This document shows, in pieces, positions 21,516 through 34,096 of a stretch of DNA of 64,000 bases. The first letter of the stretch is position 1. Each line of letters begins with the position of its first letter. The notes beneath the pieces were generated by a model. That model did not search any database and was not told the DNA's origin. It saw only the letters and a program-made list of their open reading frames with translations. Source of the stretch: Oikopleura dioica (lineage: Eukaryota; Animalia; Chordata); assembly GCA_907165135.1 (NCBI GenBank), contig OU015568.1, forward strand, positions 4,960,001-5,024,000, in the 5' to 3' direction. The position numbers were made by a program, and so were the translations under genes.

Positions 21516-21753
21516 CCTGATTAAAAAAATAACTACTAAAAAATTTTTACGACTTACCTTGAGTGAAAATTGTAATTTTTACCGTTTGCGGCTTCTTATT
21601 CAGAAGAATAATTATTTATGAATAAACATGCTTGTAAACTCTATTATATAATTATGAAAAAGAGTAGAGACAGCAATCACGCCGCCTAGCGGATTTTTTA
21701 AAATACCTAGTATAAATACCATAGGTATAACCTAATTATATCACAACTCAAAA

Positions 21754-22161
21754 ATGTTTCAACATCTTAACTTTGATCAACTTCAACAAATTGGCAGCAA
21801 GTCCAAGCGAGCTAGAATTTTAAAAACAAACTTCAACCACCACGTCATCAAAGGAAAGGAACAGTATTACATCAAAGCGAGCGTTGCAGAACTTGTTGAC
21901 GCGGAAGGAGAGGAAAAGTTTGGGATTGAAAAATTGGAGATCAACAAAACAGCCACTTTTGCACTGATTGAGAATAATTTCAATCTTGACTGTCCGAAAA
22001 CACGCAACTGGTTTAAAAGGAAGTGCCAGAAGCTCTTCGAAGAGAAAACACCCTCATCGTCTCAATCTACGAATACCAGCCTCAAGCCGAAGAGTACAAG
22101 GGAAAATACATCACCGATCCTGAATCTCAGATCGACGGGCGATTCGTCATCTGTGGATTGA
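21754..22161 (+). CDS. Orphan 135-aa protein immediately upstream of the ATPase
   Basis: ATG downstream of TATAAA motifs (21711, 21726); stop 1 nt before the ATPase ATG. Confidence 0.55.
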   Translation: MFQHLNFDQLQQIGSKSKRARILKTNFNHHVIKGKEQYYIKASVAELVDAEGEEKFGIEKLEINKTATFALIENNFNLDCPKTRNWFKRKCQKLFEEKTPSSSQSTNTSLKPKSTRENTSPILNLRSTGDSSSVD

Positions 22162-22162
22162 A

Positions 22163-22891
22163 ATGCCCCAGCATATAATCAAATGGGTCCCCGATCCGCG
22201 CTTTCAACATCCTAGCGCGCTTCTTATATCGGGAACCACTGGTGCAGGTAAAAGTTATTTCGTAAAAAATATAATTGAGAAAGAGGGAATAGTAGGAGAC
22301 ATTAAACATATTTATTATTTTATGCCTAGACTAGAAAATTTGGATATTCAACCGTTACCCCATCAACAATTATACTTGATGGAAGGTTTGCCAACTAAAA
22401 ACTGGGTTGACGACACATTTAAAAGTGAAAATAAAAATTGTATGATAATTGTCGATGACATGTGGTCTAAATGCGTTGAAGACCCAGTTATTGAATATCT
22501 TCTAACATATGGTCGTAGGCACTTCAATGTCTCGCTAATCTTCATTGCTCAAAACTTTTACGAAAAGAGTCGAAAGGCGATCACTCTCAGGTATGAACAC
22601 ATTTTTACCATTTTTTAAAAAGCTTTATTTAGAAACTGTATGACTGCATATATTTTATTCAAAAATAATACTGACACTGGTATGAATAAAACTATTGCCA
22701 CGAAGACAGGAGAAGTGGACGCCTACAATTCAGCCATGAAACTCTTTAAAGAAAGAAGAATTCCTGCCTACTCGTACGTTATATTTAATCGAGATACCAT
22801 CAACATGGACCAAGCAACTGTACTCACTAATTATTTTGGTGAAATACCGGGGCTTGGACCTTGGTTGTGGATTTTCGGGTATAATGACTGA
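22163..22891 (+). CDS. A32/FtsK-family genome packaging ATPase; exons 22163..22590 and 22633..22891
   Basis: Walker A GTTGAGKS, Walker B IIVDD, GRRH, IFIAQN. A 42-nt intron restores ITLRNCMTAYILFKN. Confidence 0.92.
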
Positions 22892-23085
22892 TTCGGAAAA
22901 TAAAAATAAAATGGGCATGTAAATTTTGTTTTGTCTGTTTTGTATTTATTTTTAGTAGATGAAATTTTTTGACAATATGTCGCTTATAGAACTTGGGCAA
23001 AAAGATGTGACTATTTTATCGAATTAGAGAAAAGTAGTGAAAAAGAAAGAACATTCAAAGAGAATCATGCTTTATGGTTTTTAGA

Positions 23086-23511
23086 TTAGAGCAATCGCAA
23101 TTGAGTATACTTGAATCGTACAGAGTAGCTCCGACGAATGGTCGCATATTTCAAAGTATCTTCGTCAAAAATAGATGGTAAGCAGGCGGGTTCCTCCTTG
23201 GAGATGCGCTTCACAGATGCAACGGAAGCAGCTGTAATTGCTCCAACAGGTTTGATTTCTTCTGCATCGCAAAAACATTCTTCAATTTCGCCAATTGGGT
23301 ATCGAAGAGTGGTTACGATTGGATTTACTTTTTTGAAGAATTTTGCAATTCTTTTGGAAAGAGTCTTTTTCTCTGGCTGGATTTTTTCAATCTTGACAAT
23401 CATAGTAGTGGTAGTGGTTGTTGTTTGTTTTGACGATTGGTGATGATATGAAATTGACAGTAAGCAGTGAGTATTTATACGCCCTGGCGCTAGAGTTTCT
23501 ATCAATTTCAA
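23086..23511 (-). CDS. Small orphan protein
   Basis: ORF track; the likely start is an internal ATG. Confidence 0.35.
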   Translation of the reverse strand: MKLIETLAPGRINTHCLLSISYHHQSSKQTTTTTTTMIVKIEKIQPEKKTLSKRIAKFFKKVNPIVTTLRYPIGEIEECFCDAEEIKPVGAITAASVASVKRISKEEPACLPSIFDEDTLKYATIRRSYSVRFKYTQLRLL

Positions 23512-24129
23512 AAAAAAGAGTTTGTTTTGATCTTTGTCATGTTTTCTAATCGCCGATCGATAGGTGCATAATTACTGCTACGCCGCCGCCGATCGCAATA
23601 TACAATTCACAGCTACTAAAAATCGGCACTTCCGCTCGCCAAAGACCAAAACAAATAACAAACTCTCTAGAACATGCTGCCAACATATAATGCGAGTTTT
23701 GTAAACAACCCTTGCCCCTTTCTTAGCTAAAGGGTGAGAGTGTTAAACTACAATGAGAATAACTCGAGTTCGAATCTCGACATGAACATGCATACTTATC
23801 AGCTATCAATTCCTCACAATCAAAAAATTTTTTTCCTAACTCAAAAACCATTAATAACAAACGAAAATGAAACACTGCTTTTAAAAACTACTCCAAAAAA
23901 CAACACTCTAATGAAAACAGAATATGAATAACTATTCGTGATAACAGATCTACACACTCTTTGACTACACAAAAGAACCGCACAAACATCAAAACAAAGA
24001 CACTTTTTTCTAGAAAAATAAATGTTTTTATTTACAGCTCAACTTTGGAACAGATTGGAAAGATTTTTGCGCGCACTTGGTGGTGGTGGTCTTGAATCTG
24101 GACACTTGGAACTTGGTGGTGGTGGTGGA

Positions 24130-24683
24130 GATTTACTCGCGTCGAATCACACTCGCGCCGTCGATGGCGAAAGTGCGGCCCGCGCGAGTAGTGATGACAA
24201 CGCGGGCGGCGCCAGATCGAAGATCCGACCACAAATTGTGAAACGCCTTTTCATAGGCCTCTTCCAATCGTTGGAGCTCGACCTTGAGTCGGTCTCGACC
24301 AACAGCGTCCAGATTTTCGGCGAGCGAATCGTAGATCGCCTTCCAGCTGGGTTCGCGTGGGAGATCTCCTGATCGACGGGAGATTCACCAGGCAAAATGA
24401 TGGCTGGGGGTCCTAAATAAAACGTTTTTATCTATGAACAAAATCAAAAAAATAAACTTACGTCGAGAGCCAATGGTGCTGGTGAGTCGTTTGCCAAATT
24501 CTTTGGCTTTTTAGCAAAAGTGGGGAGGGGCGCTTGATCCCGATCGCGGTTGCCACCAGCGCGAGCAGTTTCGGCGCTCTCAGCTTCCATATGGGCGACG
24601 CTGGGATCGTCGTGGATGGTGGTTGACGAGGTGGACGGGGTGTCGAGCATTTCGACAGCGTTGGCCAGGTTCGCTTGAGCCAA
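24130..24683 (-). CDS. Probable spliced orphan gene (exon structure unresolved)
   Basis: GTAAGT donor at 24461. A protein-like downstream frame reads ...PSWKAIYDSLAENLDAVGRDRLKVELQRLEEAYEKAF... Confidence 0.3.
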
Positions 24684-25510
24684 ACCAAGGCTTCTTCGAA
24701 GCTTATTCTTCGAAGCTCTAGTCTTGGCGGAAGTGGACGCTCGCTTAATTATTTTTATTTAATTGTTTGGCGTAAAAAATTTGAGGATGATGGACATGTG
24801 ATTTTAGTTTCAATTATTTTAAGTTGATAAAGTCTATAAAAATTCTAAGTTTTCAATTGTTATGGTTTTTGATTGTTTGTATGTTTGTGTGTTAGAGTTT
24901 GACGAAGTGAATTTCTGACTGATGATAAATATTAAGTTTCAAATAATTTTAAGTTTTTTAAGTTGATAAAAATAAAATTTTGTTTACTTTTATGATTATT
25001 AATCCTAACCCCATTAATATTCCAAGAGATGAGTGATTATGTTTCCCATTCTTTTTGTTTATTGATTTATAATTAAAGAAAACAAATTTATTGATTTTAT
25101 GGTGTTTAGATTGAGTACTTACGACCATGGTGGTGGTGGGTGGGTGGGTGGGTAGGTGGACGGACGGAGTCAAGTGACACGCAAGAACTGGTGATGAGAA
25201 AAATCGAAAAACGACTTTTCTCTTTGCTGTTCCAAAGCAAACTGACGTGTTTTCATTTTTAGCCCTGAAGTAAGCAGCTGTTCTAGAGAAAATTTTGCAT
25301 GTTTTTCTTGGAATTTGAGAATTTTACTGAGAATTTGAAAAACAATAACAACCGATTCTAGAAGCATGGTGGTGTCGAATTCTGGTGGTGGGGCCCGGCC
25401 CGAGGCGATAATTATCTTTGACAGAGAAGCAACAACTCAGCCGCATCCGATCAGTCTACAAAAATACAAGATAGAGAAAAGACGCTTTTTATTTTTTCGA
25501 TTTTTGAAAA

Positions 25511-25736
25511 ATGGACGACGCAGAAGATCTTTATTTCGATAGAGAAGGTTGATTATTTTATTGAATTGTTTATAACTTTATTTTCAGATATGAAACGATT
25601 ATTTGAACTTGATACAAGAGTGTTTCCACCAATTTGGTTTATCAACAAAGAAGATACAACTGAAAATCGAAAAGAATATTATGAGTTTATGAAACGATTA
25701 TGGAAAACAACGAAAAGACTTTACCCAGAAAAATGA
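25511..25736 (+). CDS. 61-aa spliced micro-ORF (MDDAEDLYFDREDMKRLFELD...)
   Basis: ATG at 25511, 40-nt GT-AG intron 25548-25587 in correct phase, stop at 25734-25736. Confidence 0.45.
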
Positions 25737-26239
25737 TCAATTATTCTACTGTACTGTACAAAAAAATACATGTCAATTTACTACACTTTTTGGTCTGATA
25801 TGCCCAGAGGGCGATTTGCAGGGAGTTGAAAGCAGGTAATTTTCAAACTGCGCGCCAAACGGAATTAGCCATTCAGCGACAGCCTGCAACACCAGATACC
25901 CTACCATATATATAACTACTCGCGCGCTGCATTCAAAATATCGGCAAAATTTACAGTTTTTGTAAATTTCGGACAGATGCATGCTCTGTTCAAACTTTTT
26001 AAAACGGATTTGAAATCAGCTTGTCCCGCCGGTTATCCCAGTATCATTAATTTTTCTGAACTCGGAATGCAACCTGGTGAACACAAAAATCACCATTTTT
26101 GACCCTTTATATTTCTTCATCCCTTTTATTTTAGAGAAAGTTAAAAAACAAAAATACTTATTTGAGCTATCTTAAAAACATATTAAAGAATAAAAAGATC
26201 GGACAAGTATTTCGGGTACTTAATTTTTGTGTACGGACC

Positions 26240-27483
26240 CTAGCAATAGAAAAGGTCATCTGGTTGATACTGTTTATCGGTAAGTACAGAAGCAAGGGCG
26301 TTTTGACAGTAGAATAAGAATGGAGGAAGATAGCTGGGTAGAAGATGCAAAACTGCCAAATCCAATAGCAAAACCGTCCGTTCTTGTGATAAACAATCGA
26401 ATTATCTGCGTTGGAGGAATCATAAGTACGACATTTCTCATTCTTTTCCTCATCAAAAATTGAAGATTCGCACGATCCATCGGATAGAGTCGAAGTCTTC
26501 GATGGAGAAAAATGGACGACTCAAAGTTTGCTGCCAGAAGGTCTTATGGGAATCGCAGCTGTGAATATTTCTGAAAATGAGGGGATCATTATGGGTGGGA
26601 TGGCTTCAGGTAGATTTTTAACAAGGCTTGTTTGATAAATTATGGAGATACCTGCGCGCGAGATACAGTCAGAAAGATCACTTGGAACAAAGATGCAAAA
26701 ATGCCACGATGGGTTAATCTCATTCCTATGCCAACTTCTAGGTAAAACTAAAAGAATCTCGATGAATAGTTCAAGATATGACTTGCACGTGACTTTGTAC
26801 GGACAAAATGTCTTCGCCGTCGGAGGCAGGTGCGGAAAACAACCAGTAGCGGCAGTCGAGTCTTTCGATATTGAATTGAATCAATGGACTTCTTGGATGA
26901 ATCTGCCAAGTCCAACTGCTCTTTCAAGCTTTGGTTGTTCGAGAGGAATGATGGTCATTGCTGGTGGTCTTAAAGTTTCTCAAGTAAGGATAAAAAATGG
27001 ACTCATTGTCATTCTCAAAGGCGAATCACGATGGCTTTTGCAAGAAAGTTTCATTCCTTGACATCACGAAAAAGGCCTCAATCTCTGACTGGACCGGGCA
27101 ACGACGATGGAGCCTTCTTCAACCAAGAGGTTCTTGCCAAACTTGCTCCATCGATGGCTGGTTTATCAATCTTGGCGGAATCAACAACGGTAATAAAAGC
27201 AACCTTCAGTCTTTCACGCTTCTTTCTAGAAGGAAAGCCAGCGGATCAAGTCGAGACAATCAACCTCCGAGAGCCTGCAAATCGTTTTCAGCCCCTCCCA
27301 AACCTTCCCTATCCGATCGCCTGTGCAACTACCCTTTTGACCAAAGACGCTTTCTACTTTCTCGGCGGTATCAGTTCCTTTGGACCGACAACATCTTGTT
27401 TGAAAGTCTATTTCGAGCGTGATCCAAACTGCATCCTTTTCGATGATCTTGCAAATAAAACACCAACAGGCGTCGATGCCTGA
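26240..27483 (+). CDS. Kelch-repeat protein (multi-exon, start uncertain)
   Basis: Repeated GG..W motifs: IICVGG, VFAVGGRCG...ESFDIELNQWTSWMNLP, FYFLGG. Confidence 0.7.
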
Positions 27484-27807
27484 AATCAACAAAGAGAATC
27501 GGTTTTTCAAGCAATAAGTACCTTCCATAGAAGGTGGCAAATAATTAGTTGCAATTAGACATACAAAAAAAGATAAATTCATTAGAAACATAAAATTTAT
27601 TTCTTCGTTCATTCTTTATTTTTTATGGTTACAATAAACACACTCTTATAAATTCTTTTCTAGACCTTTTGAAGAGTCCCTTCTACCTTACTTATCAACG
27701 AATTAAAACTGTTTATAAAAAGAACCTTTCTTAAAAGTTAATAATTCAACCCGAGTGGTAAATGAGTAGCAACTAAAGTCCTTAGCCTTAGAAAAAGATT
27801 CAGTAAA

Positions 27808-28044
27808 ATGAAACTCTTTAAATTTTTTCTCCCAGTTCTTGCGGAGTATGAGGGAAACTACCAGCCACGAAAAGCCTTAGAGCTTCGAATCAAGTAAGAA
27901 AATCAGCTTTTATCGAGTTCTTAAGAAATTTTCAGAGAGAAGATTCATCATCGAAAACATGCAGCAATCAGTGCCCTCAGCCACAAATTCAGCGGGAGAA
28001 TGTACGATTATGTAAAAGACAACTATTTATTGCAAGAAAAATAA
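27808..28044 (+). CDS. Small two-exon ORF (~64 aa)
   Basis: In-frame GT-AG intron 27894-27935. Confidence 0.3.
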
Positions 28045-28048
28045 TTAT

Positions 28049-29804
28049 TCAAAACTCGTGAAAGTCTGTATTTTTCTCAAATCTTTCGTTATCAGTGAAT
28101 GGTATGCATGAAATAGCAAGAAAAATAATGGCGGCGAGGATATTCATTCCAGGAATAAGGATGAACAGCGCCCAAAAATAGTCGATGGAGCTTTTTAGCG
28201 GGCCAATAAGAAGACTTGGAAGATTTCCACCAATAAGACGGAGGAGGAAAACTGAATGGGTAGTCAAAAATCCTATTGGAAAAGGTACCTGTGTAGCCAA
28301 TCGCCTGGCCTCTAGAATTTTCAGGAAAAAGCTCTGCCACAGCAACGAGATATGGCCCGTACCACATTTCAGTAATAAAATATCCTGTCGAAAATCCTTT
28401 CAAAAGAAGCATAAAGCTTTATCTTACCAATAAAAAGTGGCGCGAAGAGAATAGGGAGCTCCATATAAAATCCAGCTGTCAAAAGCGGCGAGGAAAGAAG
28501 AAGCGCCCCAGCGACGAATCTCAGGGATCTTTTTAGTCTGATAAAGCCAGTGGACGAGGCCTTTATCTTGTCGTTTATGTATCCGCCGAGCATGCCTCCT
28601 GGAATGCCACAGAGGATGGTGCAGGTCATCAGCCACAGGTCAATATTATAATCTTCGGAACTCTCCTTCTCGGAAAGAAAGAGAACTTGATTGTAACCCC
28701 AGGCATATCCGGCCGAGTTTCTCAAAGTCCCGCCGATGATGAGGAATAAAATGGACGGCTGGATGCATTTTGAAAAGAAATATTTAGAAGTTTCTGCTGA
28801 TTCTTGGCAATAATTTGATGACTTTGACTTATCTGAAGGATCTTTTATCAGAAAAAAGACTGAGGGAATCAGGACGACTCCGAGAGCGGTAGAGAGCCAA
28901 AACGCCCAGCGCCACGAGTCTTCTACTCCAAGCCATTTCACTTGGAGAAGAAGGGTTTTAAGACCGTAAGACATTCCATAGCCAAGCTGAAAAATAATCA
29001 AAGGAAGACTGAAAAGTTTGCTTACATAGATTCCCCAATTGACGATCGACATTCCGAAAGCCCTGTTTTCCGGATCCAAAGAATCAGTAATTAGCGACAC
29101 ATTGATCGGATCATACGCGGCTGAAAATCCAACAATAACCCTGAAGACAACCAAAGCCCAGTAGTTGCTTGTAAATCCAGTCAAAACATGACCAGCTGTG
29201 AGGAAAACCAGCCATATTGACAAGATCTTCGATCGGTCAAAGATATCTTCTGAATAATAAAAGCTCAATTGAGAAAATTTTTACCTGATAAGTAGCCATT
29301 CAAAAGAATACTAATCGACAACGGGATCAAAAAAGCCAAGCTGAAATACGCCTGAGCCTCTGTTCCTCCCCCAGTCCATTCTTTTTCACAACTGGAATGA
29401 TCGTTATTACAATCACATTCAATAGAGCTGCTCTTGTTGACACAAATGAAATCGCCAAAATGCACTGAATTTGCCATTTCTTTGGACATAATTACCGGCA
29501 ACCAATGCGAAAACTCCGCAAATAGATTGCAACCAAACAGTAAAATGCAAAGCAAAAAGTCTTTCCTCTTCATCTCTTTTTCTCGTGAGCCTTTTTCTAT
29601 CGCCTTCAGGACATGGAATCATTGCATGATTTTGTGTAACAAGGGAGACTTTGTGTTTTTTAATGTGTATTCTAGCTTGTCATCTATTTGTGTTGGCTGT
29701 CGATATAGCTGTTGCTTTTCGCAGATCCGGCATCTTTGTTTTGTCTGGGAAAAGTCTTCATTTTCTTCATAAAACTTGACATCTTCAACCGGTGAAAAAT
29801 GCAA
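28049..29804 (-). CDS. Major facilitator superfamily transporter (Spinster-like), multi-exon
   Basis: Multiple TM helices; FRVIVGFS...SLITDSLDPENRAFGMSIVNWG; SWRWAFW; GGMLGGYIND. Confidence 0.75.
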
Positions 29805-29923
29805 ATTTTGATATGATTTGCTAAAGTGTTATTACGGCGCAAATACTAAGGCCCGCCAAAGGCTTTATTTGAGAATAAATGAGGACGGTAAATTTAAAGT
29901 CACGCCGAAATTTTCAATACACC

Positions 29924-31495
29924 ATGAGAGGAGATGAGAGAAACCAGAAACAGCTTGCAAATATTTTGCTTTTTCTCGTTTTCGTCACCGTAAGAAATTT
30001 TTTAACAAAAAATTAAACCTAATTTATTTCAAGGTGATTCTTATACAACGATTTTTGTACGAAGAAGCGATCAAGGATTATTCAACAAAAATAATCAGCG
30101 ATGAAGTCAATTTCTTTGGGAGCTTCATTCGAAAGAGAATCGAGGAAGATATGGAAGAAAGAATTGAATCTATTGAAGAAAATCAAGCTGAAATCAAGGA
30201 AGAGAAAGACATTTGGAAGTCGGTAGAGGGAAAATACATTGAAAAATGCACTTACGACAGATGCAAATCGTATGAAACACTTGAAGAAGCAAAGGAAAGC
30301 TGCCTGAAAAACGATGATTGTTTCGGAATAACTGGAATCAACGATGAATTTACATTGAGAAGAGGCCCCAAACTTGTTGAGAGCCCTCTTGGTGAAAACT
30401 CCTGGGTTTATGAAGGAGATCTTGAATGCTCAGACAAAGAAGATGATATATTTCTAGATCTTCAGAAGCTTGAGGAAAATTATCCACCTCTCAAAGGAAT
30501 CAAAAGAAAAAATAGAGTCACGAATAAATGTTTCTATCCAGGTAATAAAAGCTATTTTCCACATTCAATAATATATTTTAGGCTATCGGACCGTTAATTC
30601 GATCATCCGCTTCAATCAAAACCTCAAACCAAAAATCCTCACCAAGCCTGACAACTGTCACTTTTCAAGCTCCGAGAAAACTTCGGTCGTTTTTGGGATC
30701 AAAACAATGCCTCAATCAACTCTCGCTAGAGCGACGATCCGAAAAACTTGGCTGAAAAAAGACATCTGGGAATGGCTAGGAGTCGAGATTAAAATTGTAT
30801 TCCTCATCGGGAGACCGTCAGAAGAAAATGCTCTTCAGCAAGAAATTGAGGAGAATAACGATATCCTGATATTGGACATGAAAGAAAGTCATCACGGACT
30901 GCCTTTCAAAGACATTGCTTATCTAAATTTCATCAAGGAATCCTGCTCTTCCGTCCAATTCGTGTTCAAGGGCGATGATGACATTCTCCTTATCCCTCAA
31001 AATCTCAAGAAAGAAATCGACAAGCTCAAAAACAGGGACGATTTCGAAGCTCTAGGATGTCTGAAAAATAAACCTACACCAATAAGAGTACTCAAAAGCA
31101 AGTAGTTTACCCCAAAACAACTCTTCCAAGGAGATATTTATCCTGCTTTCTTTTCTGGCGCAGGTTATTTGACAACTGGCAACTTTTCCATCAACTTGGC
31201 GAAAGCCATTCCCGATGTCCCTGTTTTGCCGTTGGATGATGTTTACATTGGGTCCCTTATCGTCTCCTCTGGAATGCGCGAAACAGCACAAAGATCGAAT
31301 GAAATCTGTAAAGGAATCGTGGCCACAAATGCTGCCATCCGAAAGAATGATTTTTGCGCTCTACGTCAAGTACCAGTCGCGCACAAAGTCACCAATTATA
31401 CAGCACTAGAATCGATGTTTGAGAAGGTTGTTTCTGGAAATTTGGACTGCGAAAGAAAGAGAGAAGAGGATTTTTTATTATTTGATGATCTTTAA
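29924..31495 (+). pseudogene. GT31 (beta-1,3-galactosyl/GlcNAc-transferase) copy 1 with premature TAG
   Basis: RATIRKTW, VFLIG, FVFKGDDD, FSGAGY, LDDVYIG. TAG at 31103-31105 stands where copy 2 has TAT (Tyr). Confidence 0.8.
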
Positions 31496-31729
31496 AATTG
31501 TGCATTTTTTTTATTAACAATATAAAAAATAATAAATATGAATATCTGTTTGCGAAATATCGTCAAGTGGCAAGAGAACACAGAATTGAAAGATTCTGTC
31601 AAAGCGACATGTACAGGCAAGGACCAAAGGAAGTTCATTTTTATCCGTTTCCGAGAAGTTCTTGCAGGGGTATTCTTTCTTCGTATTTTAGGTCAACTGT
31701 GATGTTTCTGTAGAAAACTTCGCTGTTTC

Positions 31730-32397
31730 GCTCGATTAGCTCGTAGTTCAAGCTCTAGAAAGCAGGTTTAATAATGAAGAAATGGTTGCATGTTACATTT
31801 AACCCGTCGAATTGGTTGTGTTTGTTCCAAGCTTTGAGGAGCTTGACTCGATTGGGGTTGGGTTTGTTCGACGTCTCGTGGTCGTGTTTGATCATTTTGT
31901 AGCGCGTGATTTGCGGTGATGGTCGAACAAGCTTGTATTTGGCACCACCGATTGTTCTTCTTTCCAAATCGTCGTCTTCTCCTCCCCAGCCCCAGTACTC
32001 ATTGCTAGAATTGACAGTTAGGCTTTCAAGTTTTCATAGTAAAAGAACCTGTATCCATTGATTTTCTCAAATGCTTCAGTAGTAAAAGCAGTAATTCCCC
32101 GAAAATCGTGTTGTACGGCAGTTTGTAATTGAACTTATCGATGTATCCGGAGTAATGTCTCGGTGTGTCGAGGCACTCGTAAATATTCTTGTCGTTTTCG
32201 GGGACAAGATCGACATCATGGAAGAAAAAGCAATCGAATCCATCTAGAAAAGGGTGAATGGAGGGTGAAAAGAATGGTTGGTACCATCTTTTGCAACGTC
32301 GAAGCCAATGTTGAGAAGTTTAGCGCGGTTGAAAGGAGATCCATCATTGGCTTGATTGACCGAGTAAACCGCGAAATGATTGTTTTGGCGATGGAGA
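31730..32397 (-). pseudogene. 5'-truncated GT7 (beta-1,4-galactosyltransferase-like) duplicate
   Basis: WGWGGEDDD..RYKMIKH present; the gene is cut at the duplication junction. Confidence 0.75.
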
Positions 32398-34096
32398 CTG
32401 AATTGAATCATTCAATTTGAATGCACTGAATTTGCCATTTCTTTGGACATAATTACCGGCAACTAATGCAAAAACTCCGCAATAAATTGCAACGAAACAG
32501 TAAAATGCAAAGCAAAAAGTCTTTCCTATTCATCGTTTTTTTCTCGTGAGCCCTTTTTCTACGGCTCAGAGCCTATGATCCATAGAGGCTATGGATTTAT
32601 TGCATGAACTTGCGTTATAATTGGTACTATGTATTTTTTGATGATAGCTTGTCGTATATTTGTGTTGGCTGTCGATATTGCTGTTGTCTTTCGCAGATCC
32701 GGCCAGGGCTCCGAATCGCGCGTGATCCGGCATCTTTGTTTTGTCTGGGAAAAGTCTTCATTTTCCAGATGTGATTTGACATCTTCAACCTGTGCAAGAT
32801 ATAAATTTTGGATATGATTTGCTAAATTGTTTTTACGGCGCAAATACTTAAGCCCGCCAGAGACTAAATAATTAAGTCTATATTTGAGAATTTGTGTGGA
32901 CGGTAAACGCCGAGTCACGCCGAGACTTTCAATTCACGATGAGAAGAGAGGAGAGAAACGAAAAGCAGCTTGCGAATATATTGCTTTTTCTCGTTTTCGT
33001 CACCGTAAGAAATCTATCATTCAAAAAATTAATTCTAATTTATTTCAAGGTGATTCTTATACAACGATTTCTGTACGAAGAAGCGATCAAGGATTTTTCA
33101 ACGAGAATTATTAGTGATGAAGTCAACATATTTGAAAGCTTCATTCGCAAGAGAATCGAGAACGATATTGAAGAAGGAATCGACTCCATTGTTGAAAATC
33201 AAGCTGAAATCAAGGAAGAGAAAACCATTTGGAAGAAAGTAGAAGGAAAGTACATTCAAAAATGCACTACTGACAGATGCAAATTGTTCGAAACATTGGA
33301 AGACGCAAAAGAAAATTGCTTGAAAAACGACGATTGCTTCGGAATAACTGGAATAAACGATGAATTTATATTGAGAAGAGGCCCTAAACTTGTTGAAAGC
33401 CCTCTTGGTGAAAACTCCTGGGTCTATGTGGCCGACCTTGAATGCTCAGAGATAGAACATGACATATTCCTTGATCTTCAGAAGCTTGAAGAAAATTATC
33501 CAGCTCTCAAAGGAATCAAAAGAAGAAATAGAGTCACGAATAAATGCTTTTATCCAGGTTGGTAAAGCTCTATCCGGGATAGACTATCCCACGATCATCA
33601 TTAAATTTAAGGTTATCAAATCGTTAACTCGATCATCCGTTTCAATCCAAACCTCAAGCCAAAGATCCTAACGCAACCTGACAACTGCCACTTTTCATGT
33701 TCTGAGAAAATTTCGCTGATTTTTGGGATCAAAACAATGCCTCAATCAGCTCTCGCCAGAGAGAAGATCCGAAAAACCTGGCTAAGGAAAGATATCTGGG
33801 AATGGCTAGGAGTCCAGATCAAAATTGTATTTCTCATCGGGAGACCATCAAAAGAAAATGCTCTTCAGGAAGAAATCGAGAAGCATAAAGATATCCTGAT
33901 GTTGGACATGGAAGAAAGCCATCACGGACTGCCTTTCAAAGGCATTGCCTTCCTAAATTTCATCAAGCAATCCTGCTCTTCCGTCGAATTCGTGTTCAAG
34001 GGCGATGATGACATTCTCCTCATCCCTCAAAATCTCAAAAAAGAAATCGACAAGCTCAAGGACTCAAAAGTTTTCGAAGCTCTTGGTTGTCTGAAT

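Larger units (their letters stand above)
1..25920. mobile_element. Large Polinton/Maverick-like endogenous DNA virus (left end outside window; right end tentative)
   Basis: Co-located pPolB (DFNALYP, YCDTDS, KCY), rve integrase (SD..SDQGVEF..VERFN), Walker-A ATPase (GTTGAGKS) and Polinton-type MCP motifs. Codon and repeat composition differs from the host DNA after 26 kb. Ends in ...ATAACTACT (reverse complement AGTAGT...). Confidence 0.9.

Noticed and set aside
740-25000. Many short antisense or alternative-frame ORFs of poly-V, poly-S or poly-A
   Set aside because: Shadows of trinucleotide-rich coding sequence on the other strand or frame.
1-25920. Herpesvirus, NCLDV or adenovirus identity; adenain protease and penton genes
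   Set aside because: The pPolB + rve integrase + A32 ATPase + Polinton MCP combination defines a Polinton. No protease or minor-capsid motif was recognisable in the window; they may lie upstream or be too diverged.
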